Source: a virus (Duplodnaviria; Caudoviricetes). Taken from it: a stretch of 64,000 nt of DNA. The notes under the pieces are model-generated. The model had not been told where the DNA came from. It did not search any database and worked only from the letters and a program-made list of their open reading frames with translations. Position 1 is the first letter of the stretch. Every line of letters starts with the position of its first letter. Below are positions 26,566 through 34,727 of the stretch, in pieces. The stretch covers positions 23,317 to 87,316 of IMG/VR virus record IMGVR_UViG_3300020047_004811; one strand, written 5' to 3'. A program made the translations under genes and the position numbers.

Positions 26566-26826
26566 ATGCAAGAATTGATCGTAGCCTTAGTTGGAGCTGG
26601 ACTTGGAGTAATCATCCTCCGTACATTCACTAACTGGAACGTAAACAAGAACCAGAAGAAGCTAGAGAACGTAGTAACTGAGAATGATAAGAAGCAAGCC
26701 CACTTGGAAGGCGAACAGGCTCAGGAAGACAAAGAGACAAAGGAAAAGGTAGATGAAATCACTAAAGAACAAAATGACAAGCCTACTGGTTCTGACCTTG
26801 CTTCTTGGTTCAATCGGCGTAAGTAA
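26566..26826 (+). CDS. N-terminal TM plus coiled-coil protein
   Basis: AGGAG SD; TM helix then charged coiled coil. Confidence 0.7.
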   Translation: MQELIVALVGAGLGVIILRTFTNWNVNKNQKKLENVVTENDKKQAHLEGEQAQEDKETKEKVDEITKEQNDKPTGSDLASWFNRRK

Positions 26827-27151
26827 TGCACAAGATTCTGTGTATCTTGAAAAGAGTCAGCCCGCACCCTATTCAGGTATACTTTTTACTGAGAAAAAGG
26901 CACAAGAGCTTAGGTCTGAGCTTTTGGAAAGCGATAAAACAAAGTTGCTACTTGAAACAGAAAAAAATCGAAGCGCGAGACTTCTTCAAATCGTTGACCT
27001 AAAAGACGAAGAAATTGAACTCTATAACAAACAAAACCAGCGACTCCTAAAGGCTAATAGCCAAGCAGATAATCTTCAGTATATCTGGTTTGGACTTGGA
27101 GTTCTAGCTACTGGACTTGCGGTATATGGAGCCGGAGCTTTAGCACGATGA
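26753..27151 (+). CDS. signal peptide, coiled coil and C-terminal TM protein
   Basis: LLVLTLLLGSIGVSNA signal; C-terminal IWFGLGVLATGLAVYGAG. Confidence 0.7.
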   Translation: MKSLKNKMTSLLVLTLLLGSIGVSNAQDSVYLEKSQPAPYSGILFTEKKAQELRSELLESDKTKLLLETEKNRSARLLQIVDLKDEEIELYNKQNQRLLKANSQADNLQYIWFGLGVLATGLAVYGAGALAR

Positions 27152-27349
27152 GAAAGCCAAACATTCTATTTAAGAAGAAGTCTAGTCTCAGCGGACGGCT
27201 TTTGACAGCCCCGACTTCCAGACACTATCCACAAATATATAATTCAAACTATGCAACTAAATATGAGTTCCAAAATGGAGCAGTAGATAAATATACAGTA
27301 GTTGTGGATAAAAAACGATGGGATGAAGGCTATCCCGGAGATATAGAGA

Positions 27350-28033
27350 GTGCGTAAACTCCCTTCTCAACTTACGGAACAAGAACTGCTTGATCTTCTC
27401 AATTCTGAGGATATTCCAGAAACATCTGCTCAAATTTTCGATTATGAGGACGATATCGTGCCTTTTATGGGATTTTATAACATAACCCCGGGTGAGAGCC
27501 ATGTTTCAAAGCGGTTGATATACAAGCTGTATAAAACCTATTCTAAAGACCCCCTAGATCAACATATATTTAATATCAAGATGGGTGGGTTTCTTGGCTC
27601 CAGTAATTATAATTTCAAAATAAATGTAGATCAGTTCGCAATCTCCAAACATATTTATAAAGCCGAAAAGACTATAGAGAAAACTAAGAGTCTAACATAT
27701 CAGAAACACTTTAATTGGTTTACCTCCGAGGCTAAAATTGAGCGAGGGGCAACTTGGCTCGAAGGGTTTATCCTATTCTATATCTATAAAGACTTTTGTA
27801 AGCATCGCCGGGTTAATCCAAAACTTGGATATGTTAATTTCCATAAGTTTTTAAAACTACATTATCAATATCGTCGTGTTAAAGAGAACCGCAGTTTGTG
27901 GTTTCGCGTCGATTCAAATACAGCAAATACATATACAGAAGAGGAAAAAAATGTCATCAGAAACTCAAGGAAAGAAAAGAGGGGGAGTGAGGAAGGCAAG
28001 GAGTCTAAATCAGAAGAGGCCTCGCCGAAGTGA
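27350..28033 (+). CDS. protein with two degenerate winged-helix-like repeats
   Basis: Two copies of F..I..G..(V/L)..LY..YK....F pattern resembling the D5 C-terminal/RFX winged helix. Confidence 0.55.
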   Translation: MRKLPSQLTEQELLDLLNSEDIPETSAQIFDYEDDIVPFMGFYNITPGESHVSKRLIYKLYKTYSKDPLDQHIFNIKMGGFLGSSNYNFKINVDQFAISKHIYKAEKTIEKTKSLTYQKHFNWFTSEAKIERGATWLEGFILFYIYKDFCKHRRVNPKLGYVNFHKFLKLHYQYRRVKENRSLWFRVDSNTANTYTEEEKNVIRNSRKEKRGSEEGKESKSEEASPK

Positions 28034-28406
28034 TTTTGAATTCCCATCCCTAGAACCATCTGTCGCCTTACTATCTAGACAGGAAGAGGTTAACGATGTG
28101 GCTAGTTATGCCCACAAACTTAATACTGAAGAAAAAGCTTGGCTTAATCAGTTCATGAAAGAATACAACGAGGCTAGCACAAAAGATGCAGTATTTCATA
28201 CCACAGCCGAAACTCGGAAGATATGTAATGATAAGAATAATGCTAGGAATCGCTGTGACTATACATTAGCGGCTGCAGCTAATAAACTAAATCTTGTAGA
28301 ATCGGAATATGCTATGGAACGATTAATACATGGATTTGATCCAGACTTAGAGCCTGAAACGGATATTAGCGACGATTCAGAAGTTTCTGAAGACGATCTA
28401 GTTTAG
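27951..28406 (+). CDS. hypothetical protein (last + strand gene)
   Basis: GAGG SD before ATG 27951; KLNTEEKAWLNQFMKEY; 3' end overlaps the convergent gene. Confidence 0.7.
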   Translation: MSSETQGKKRGGVRKARSLNQKRPRRSDFEFPSLEPSVALLSRQEEVNDVASYAHKLNTEEKAWLNQFMKEYNEASTKDAVFHTTAETRKICNDKNNARNRCDYTLAAAANKLNLVESEYAMERLIHGFDPDLEPETDISDDSEVSEDDLV

Positions 28407-29184
28407 CAGGAGATTTTTTATAATCTTTTCTAGCTTTATCCTCAGCAAGCATCACGCCTTCTTCTTCTCTAGATTCTCCGACATCCTCGGCTTCATTCAA
28501 GAAAGGAACGGCAGCACTCGCATCTTCTGGATTCATAAGCATAGCAGCCCCAGCGCCTAATAGAGGAAGTCCTTTAATAAGTCTAGGAAGATTAGCCTTA
28601 GCCGCTGTAGCGCCTCTTTTAAGCCCATGGTGACCCTTTAGGAGAGCTTCCTTGATCTCGTCTATGTCGGTACCTTTAATCTTAGCAAGCAAGTCTGCAG
28701 GTTTTTTAACTAGTCCAGATTCAGATATAAGGTCGGGGGCTATCTGTCTCAAACTTTTATTTACACTAGAACCACTGGTTAGGTCGTAAACATCCCCATA
28801 GTCTTTAGCTTTAAGGTCGCGAGAATGCAAACCTTCATGAGCTAAAGCAGACGTAATATTTTCAAGGGATTGATTTGGACTAACTTTAATTAGGTCACGA
28901 GAAGGAGAATATAGTCCTCCAGCTCCGGGAATATCACCAAGTTCAATTTTAGATTTTACGTCTGGTAGAAATTGTTCACGGAGACCTTCTAGAAAATCAG
29001 CGTCTGGAGTATTAGGAACTTTTCCCTTATACTGTTCAAGCATAAGTTTACCCAATGCTTTTTCTTCAAGATTTCTAGCTCGGAGTGTATCATTGGCATA
29101 GTTATCGGTACGACCAACCAGATCATCTAGTTTATACTCGTCGGATTGAATGCGCTTTAATAGCTCGTCTAGTTTATTATTCAT
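28366..29184 (-). CDS. putative virion protein with HExxH motif
   Basis: GGLYSP...ALAHEGLH; C-terminal module shared with 55485-56054. Confidence 0.65.
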   Translation of the reverse strand: MNNKLDELLKRIQSDEYKLDDLVGRTDNYANDTLRARNLEEKALGKLMLEQYKGKVPNTPDADFLEGLREQFLPDVKSKIELGDIPGAGGLYSPSRDLIKVSPNQSLENITSALAHEGLHSRDLKAKDYGDVYDLTSGSSVNKSLRQIAPDLISESGLVKKPADLLAKIKGTDIDEIKEALLKGHHGLKRGATAAKANLPRLIKGLPLLGAGAAMLMNPEDASAAVPFLNEAEDVGESREEEGVMLAEDKARKDYKKSPAKLDRLQKLLNRR

Positions 29185-29627
29185 TATAGGGATTCCCCAT
29201 CTTTCTTATCTTCTTTGACTTCTTCTGTAGCTTTTTCAGCTTCCTTATCTATATCGTTGACACTTCCGAGTTTTTTAATAAGCACAGTAAATACTGGATT
29301 ACCATTAACTGCGTCTAAATTTTCAAGGATAGATTTAAGTTCTACAACAGAAATTAGCCCGGCGGCTATTTTAGATACAGGAATAAACCCTTCAAGCATA
29401 TAGGTTTCGACTAAAAAACCAAGTAGTATTGCGGATTCATATACAAAGCATTTGGTAATTGTTCTACGGAGAGCAGCAGACTTAATCTTTTCCCCGCGTT
29501 TTCTAGCTGCCAACATTCCAGTAAATAGGTCAGCAAAGATAAGTAGCCCTGTAACTAAAATTAAGGCTTTAGCTGGAGCAAATATAGCAACCGTAGATAT
29601 TAATGTTGCAACTAACCAATCTTTCAT
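29184..29627 (-). CDS. holin (phage_holin_4_1-like)
   Basis: IFADLFTG..ARKRGEKIKSAALRRTITKC...ELKSILENL; TM helices; ATG 29627 with AAGGA SD. Confidence 0.8.
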   Translation of the reverse strand: MKDWLVATLISTVAIFAPAKALILVTGLLIFADLFTGMLAARKRGEKIKSAALRRTITKCFVYESAILLGFLVETYMLEGFIPVSKIAAGLISVVELKSILENLDAVNGNPVFTVLIKKLGSVNDIDKEAEKATEEVKEDKKDGESL

Positions 29628-29640
29628 TGTCCACGTTCCT

Positions 29641-31677
29641 TTATTCTTCTTTGTCCACATCTGGGAAATCCTCAGAGCTAATAAAAGCACGAGCATTTGG
29701 GTTCTGCATTATGGTAAATAATGCTGCGTTCTTTTTGGCTGTATCGCCGTTTTCTACTGCTTCTCTTAAAGCTTTTCCTACTTGTTGAAAATTTCCACTA
29801 GTCTCAAGTCTAGACGCGAGGTTTGAAATAGACTGAGCCGGGGCATTATAGACGACCTTAGCCATCTGCATTGTGCCTTTAACTAAAGGACCTTGTATTT
29901 TCTTTTCTAGATTTTTGGATAGTTTTCCAGCATAGTAAGCTCCAGAACTCGGGGCTTTACCAACAATCATTTCTTTAAAGTCAGGAACAATAGACCTAGA
30001 CTCGGTGGTTTGACGAACCGACCCGCGCAACACAGAGTCATCTGAGGCATTAAGTAGATACTTACGGATTGAGTCTGAAGTCGGGAGCACAGAAGGTTTA
30101 GCAACCGGACTAGATAATTCCTTAGCCTCAAATCCTTGGAGAGCATCCATAAAGTTTGTAAATGCTGTGCGATATGGTTGTGAAGATTGTCCAGTTTTCT
30201 GGACGTTCTGAATCATATCTAAAAGTTTGTCATATACTTTTTCATCTTGTTTACGAAGCTGACCATAAAAAACTTGGGTGATATCAGAAGGTTTAGCACC
30301 ACTAACTAATTGTTCAAGAACTTGGCGAAATGACTCGAATCGTTGAGCAGCTTGTGCATATTCAGGGACAGCTTTTTTAAACGTATCTGAGACAGCCTTA
30401 CGATGTCTAAAAAGTTCATTAAGAGTTCCAACAGCAGCCGGGTCTTTATTTGTTGCAGCTTTAAATGTTCCAATTGCAGCATCTAGGTCGTCAATCACAT
30501 TCTTGACTTCAGTTGGAGTGAGCTGAGGCATACCATTTAGTATTTTATCAAATGCTGCTGCTGATTTTCTAGTAGAACCCAAATCTGGAATTATAGTAGT
30601 TAAATCGTTAACTCGTTTAGCTGCTTCTTGAATATCAGAGCTAATATCAATTAGAGCCCCGCGAGCTGTGGCTTTCTCAACACTCTGACCTAACTCTACA
30701 CCAAGTGCAGTATCAGCCTCGTCTACAACATCGTGTAGACCAACCGCAGCTTTGGAATCTCTTTGAGAGAATTTCTGCCCGGCTATATCCTGACCATGAG
30801 AGCGAGGGTGAATTCCAAGTTCTTGTCCATATTCTTTGTAGGCTTTAGCCATCTGTCTAAGTTTAGGATTTCCTTCGTCTGCAAAAGCTTCAGCAACTTT
30901 ATCTGTAACCTTTCCAAGTTTTTCCCCAACTTTATCTTTCAAAATACCCGGAGCATCGGCAGCAACATTTAATCCAACCATCGCTGGCAGACCAAACGAG
31001 AGTCCAGTTCCAACATCCTCGGCAACCCCGGCTAAATCAGATTCTGGACCAATTATATCACTTTTAGAAGTCATTGCAGACTCTAATGCTAGAGCTGGAG
31101 AAGCTTGGGCAAACATTCCAGCACCGCGAGCTGCAGCATCACCAATGCGACTACCAGAAGTAGCTGTTCCTCTAAGGAGGGCAAGAGCAGCTTGCCCAGC
31201 GCCCTTATTTGAGGCAACCTGACCAAGCAACGCTTTAGGACCTTGTATTGCTGCAGGGTTTAAGCCTAAAGCTGTAGAAGAAAGGAGAGCACCACCGAGT
31301 TGACCACCAAATTCAGCATAAGGACTACGCTCTTTGGCTAGGTCCGAAGCCTGTTCTCCAGCTTCTTGATATTGTCTATAAACGTCGCCAAGGTCATTTC
31401 CTTGTATGTCAAAGCCTTGGGCTTCAAGTTGTTCGTCGATAGCACTAGGACCAAATCCAAGCTTTCCGGCCCCCTTTTCAAGGAGAGCAGCAAGTCCGCC
31501 ACCAATCTCGTCTGCAGCTCCGAGGGTTGCACCCTGAGAAGCTCCAGTAAGGAAGTCTTGACCTGTTTCAAGGGCTGTATCCATAGATGGGAGCATTGAG
31601 TCGACCTCTTGGTCTTCCCAATCATCCTGTCCCTGTTCTAAAGGGACATCTTCCCAGTCGTCTTTATTGTTTGCCAT
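29641..31677 (-). CDS. putative internal virion/ejection protein
   Basis: 678 aa, Ala/Gly-rich helical; DDWEDVP..DDWED N-terminus; follows the tail genes. Confidence 0.6.
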   Translation of the reverse strand: MANNKDDWEDVPLEQGQDDWEDQEVDSMLPSMDTALETGQDFLTGASQGATLGAADEIGGGLAALLEKGAGKLGFGPSAIDEQLEAQGFDIQGNDLGDVYRQYQEAGEQASDLAKERSPYAEFGGQLGGALLSSTALGLNPAAIQGPKALLGQVASNKGAGQAALALLRGTATSGSRIGDAAARGAGMFAQASPALALESAMTSKSDIIGPESDLAGVAEDVGTGLSFGLPAMVGLNVAADAPGILKDKVGEKLGKVTDKVAEAFADEGNPKLRQMAKAYKEYGQELGIHPRSHGQDIAGQKFSQRDSKAAVGLHDVVDEADTALGVELGQSVEKATARGALIDISSDIQEAAKRVNDLTTIIPDLGSTRKSAAAFDKILNGMPQLTPTEVKNVIDDLDAAIGTFKAATNKDPAAVGTLNELFRHRKAVSDTFKKAVPEYAQAAQRFESFRQVLEQLVSGAKPSDITQVFYGQLRKQDEKVYDKLLDMIQNVQKTGQSSQPYRTAFTNFMDALQGFEAKELSSPVAKPSVLPTSDSIRKYLLNASDDSVLRGSVRQTTESRSIVPDFKEMIVGKAPSSGAYYAGKLSKNLEKKIQGPLVKGTMQMAKVVYNAPAQSISNLASRLETSGNFQQVGKALREAVENGDTAKKNAALFTIMQNPNARAFISSEDFPDVDKEE

Positions 31678-33172
31678 CCACTACCTCTTCCGAGCCATCT
31701 GAGTAAACAAGTTTAGTTTGGTTGCGAGACGCACTATATTGTTTCTTGACAACCTGTTTATCAGAGTTGTTATCTTTAGCAGGGCTAGCAGGTTGTTCAA
31801 TACCCCTGACTTTATAGCCAGTTGCAGCGCGCTCATTAATTCGCTTTTCAAACTCATCTAGAATTGTTTTAGCTGTATTGTTTGTCATAGTCATTCTACC
31901 TAGAGTATCCTCTGGGATAAGACTTTGACGAACGAGCTGAACCTCAGCCGGACGAGCAACAGAATCAGGGTCTTGGAGCTTGGCAGTATCTACTGCAATC
32001 TCATCAAGCATACCTTGTAGTAATTCAGCCTGAGGACCAGTAGCCTCAACTGTCCCATATTTTTCTACTATGTCTCTAGCACGTTTAATGTTGTCACCAA
32101 TTGTACGTTTACGGGCTTCAATTTCTTCCGTTGTGAGTTTGCGCTTATCTTCTCTTTTCTTTCTATCTTCCTCAGCTTTAAATTCACGGGCGGTAGTTTT
32201 TTCATCTGCTCTAAGGTCCCTAGAAAGAGCCGCAGCATCTCTGCGCGCATTTCCAGCTTCGATTGTAGCAAGAAGCGTGCCAAGATTAACCCCGGCGTTT
32301 TTAAGAGACATAGCAGAAGCTGATTGCCCCGGCTTAAGAATGCCAACTTTCTGAGCAATACTAGTAACCATTTTAGATATTTCAGAGTTTGGATCACGCA
32401 TCTTAGTCTCGTCGGACAATTCATCTTTAGCTTTATTAAAAGCTTGCTGATCTTTAGCCGCTCCGATCTTAGCCTTAGTTTGTTCTACGCTCTTATCGGC
32501 GTCTTGTCTAAGTTGATCTGAGCTACTATGGTTAGGATTAATCCTAGCTAGTCCTGCCCCAAGCAATTCAGAGCCCCGAACTAACCTAGCTCCACTACGA
32601 TCCCTATTAGCTTGTTGATTAGCAGCTTCAATCATCTTAACAAAGTCCATTTCTTGAGGAACCGGGGCCTCTGGGGCCAAATCTCCACCAGTAGGAACTC
32701 CCTTAAAGTTTGCTAACACTTGTGCAGGGACTGAAAGCTCAGGTTTCTTCTGATCTTGTTCATTAGCTTCAGCCTGAGCTAGGGCGTTATAATTATCTGG
32801 AAGGATAGGTTGCGCTTGTGGACCAGATTTAGGAGCAAAAGGCGGAATAGGGGGTTGTTCGTCTCCTCCCATCATACGCCGAGCCATTTCACCAAGAGTC
32901 AAGCCTCCGACAATCTTGCCGGGGTTTTCTTTAGCGAACTTTTTAATTGAATCTAAAGAAGACATAGGCTTTGGATCACTCAAAACTGCATCTGGGATAT
33001 CTTCAGCCGCCTCTTTAGCAAGCTTAGAAGTGCCTTTCCCAATAACTTCAGGGGCAACTTCGGTAGCCTCAGTAGAAACTCTTTTAGCCAAAGGGGCAGC
33101 TTCTTCAATAAGCTCTGGAGCTGTCTGGCTTCCAAAACTTAGAAGCTTTTTAAGCAATTCTGCCTTATTCAT
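31664..33172 (-). CDS. putative internal virion/ejection protein
   Basis: 502 aa, charged helical; position in the late operon. Confidence 0.6.
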   Translation of the reverse strand: MNKAELLKKLLSFGSQTAPELIEEAAPLAKRVSTEATEVAPEVIGKGTSKLAKEAAEDIPDAVLSDPKPMSSLDSIKKFAKENPGKIVGGLTLGEMARRMMGGDEQPPIPPFAPKSGPQAQPILPDNYNALAQAEANEQDQKKPELSVPAQVLANFKGVPTGGDLAPEAPVPQEMDFVKMIEAANQQANRDRSGARLVRGSELLGAGLARINPNHSSSDQLRQDADKSVEQTKAKIGAAKDQQAFNKAKDELSDETKMRDPNSEISKMVTSIAQKVGILKPGQSASAMSLKNAGVNLGTLLATIEAGNARRDAAALSRDLRADEKTTAREFKAEEDRKKREDKRKLTTEEIEARKRTIGDNIKRARDIVEKYGTVEATGPQAELLQGMLDEIAVDTAKLQDPDSVARPAEVQLVRQSLIPEDTLGRMTMTNNTAKTILDEFEKRINERAATGYKVRGIEQPASPAKDNNSDKQVVKKQYSASRNQTKLVYSDGSEEVVDGKQ

Positions 33173-33175
33173 ATA

Positions 33176-33601
33176 CTATTTTCCTAGGTATTTTTGTTTA
33201 ATCTTTTGGATTGCAGCTTTACGAAGTTCTGTATCCATAGAAGGATCGCTAGCAGTTTCCTGAGCAACACTAGCATCCTCTGACAGAGGTTGTCCAGCCT
33301 TGAGTTTTTTAAGCTGTTCCATAATTTCAGGATCAGACCCACCAAACTTAGGTTCTTCTAGTTTCATGCGATTAGAAACTGACTCTTTTTGTATATTAGG
33401 TTCTGTATTAATATCTTTAAGGTCGTCGACTTGATCATCAACCCCTTCAGGAAGCTCATACTCACCATCGTCAGCAGCTACTTTCATAGCATCTGCGTCT
33501 TCCGTGTCTTCGTCGGCAAGTTCCATTCCTTGCATAGTCTCTGGACGAGCAATAAGTTGTTGTAAGAGTTTTTTCATTCTTGGGTCGTCTAGAGTATTCA
33601 T
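33176..33601 (-). CDS. acidic hypothetical late protein
   Basis: AAGGA SD. Confidence 0.65.
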   Translation of the reverse strand: MNTLDDPRMKKLLQQLIARPETMQGMELADEDTEDADAMKVAADDGEYELPEGVDDQVDDLKDINTEPNIQKESVSNRMKLEEPKFGGSDPEIMEQLKKLKAGQPLSEDASVAQETASDPSMDTELRKAAIQKIKQKYLGK

Positions 33602-33610
33602 ATATTCCTT

Positions 33611-34726
33611 TTAGAATTTCTTTTTAATTCGAGCGGATAGGCTATCCATCCATTTTTGTACATCTTCATCTGTATATTCAACGTCAGTTTTAAGGTTCTT
33701 GTCGGAGAACATAGCAGCCATTCCTGCCATAGAAGCCATTCCACCTCCGCCGCCCCCGCCAGACCCACCGGAACTAGTCATAGCATTATAACCCTCGTCA
33801 GCAATTGAACCGACACCTTTACCCATATTAACTTGAGCTTGGGCTTTAGCATTTGCTGTATCTCCGTAATAATTAGCAAGCTTACTTTGTTGACCAGTAA
33901 TCCCACCAGCATATGCTAACTTATCAGAATACTGCTGCTGTTCCGCCGTTCTCTGTCTAAGAAGCTCGGCATTTTTCTGTTGTGTATTATAATCAGCAAT
34001 TCTTTGTTGCTCAGCAAGATTAGCAGCTTGAGCTTGATTCACTGAACTAACATTACGTTGTTGTCTAGCAATTGTATTCTCAGCAAGGAATCTGTTACGT
34101 TCATCAATAGCCTTAGCTTTAGCTGAAGCATTATCAAAATCCTGAGTACGCACAGCCCCAGCCATATTTGCAGATTGACTGATAGCATCTAAAGCCCGTT
34201 GTTGAGCTTGAGCCATAAGAGTGTCTGAGCCAGCAGCGGCTTGATCTGCAGCACCTTGGGCTGACTGTAGTTGAGCCATAAGCTCCATACCAGACCCACC
34301 CATACCACGAGATTGCATTTGTTGTATGATTTGTTGACGCTTAGCTTCAGAATCACGTTGAACTTGGTTACGAACTTGATTAAGAGCCGCACGATCTTCG
34401 GCGGACAAACCAACCTTACCACGTTGCTGCATAGAAGAAAGAGCACCCATCTGTGCTTCTCTAAGTCCGGCATCTTCTTGAATTTGTCCCATTTGAGATT
34501 CAGCAACTGAGTCACTTAAATCTTGTTCAAGTTCTGGGGTATAAACTCCTTGACGAACAAGTTCTTGCATGATGATTTCGCGAGCATAGTCAGGCGGATA
34601 CCCGATCTTCTGATACTCCTCAACCATCTGCTTCATCATCTTTTTCTGGTTAGAACGGTCCATCTTGGCTGCATTATTACCAAGAATACCACCGACTAAA
34701 CCACCTAGAGATTCTCCGATAGCCAT
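33611..34726 (-). CDS. putative pilot/ejection protein with truncated S74 motif
   Basis: Gln/Ala-rich, LGGLVGGILG N-terminus, Gly linker, terminal FSDKNLKTDV. Confidence 0.65.
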   Translation of the reverse strand: MAIGESLGGLVGGILGNNAAKMDRSNQKKMMKQMVEEYQKIGYPPDYAREIIMQELVRQGVYTPELEQDLSDSVAESQMGQIQEDAGLREAQMGALSSMQQRGKVGLSAEDRAALNQVRNQVQRDSEAKRQQIIQQMQSRGMGGSGMELMAQLQSAQGAADQAAAGSDTLMAQAQQRALDAISQSANMAGAVRTQDFDNASAKAKAIDERNRFLAENTIARQQRNVSSVNQAQAANLAEQQRIADYNTQQKNAELLRQRTAEQQQYSDKLAYAGGITGQQSKLANYYGDTANAKAQAQVNMGKGVGSIADEGYNAMTSSGGSGGGGGGGMASMAGMAAMFSDKNLKTDVEYTDEDVQKWMDSLSARIKKKF

Positions 34727-34727
34727 A

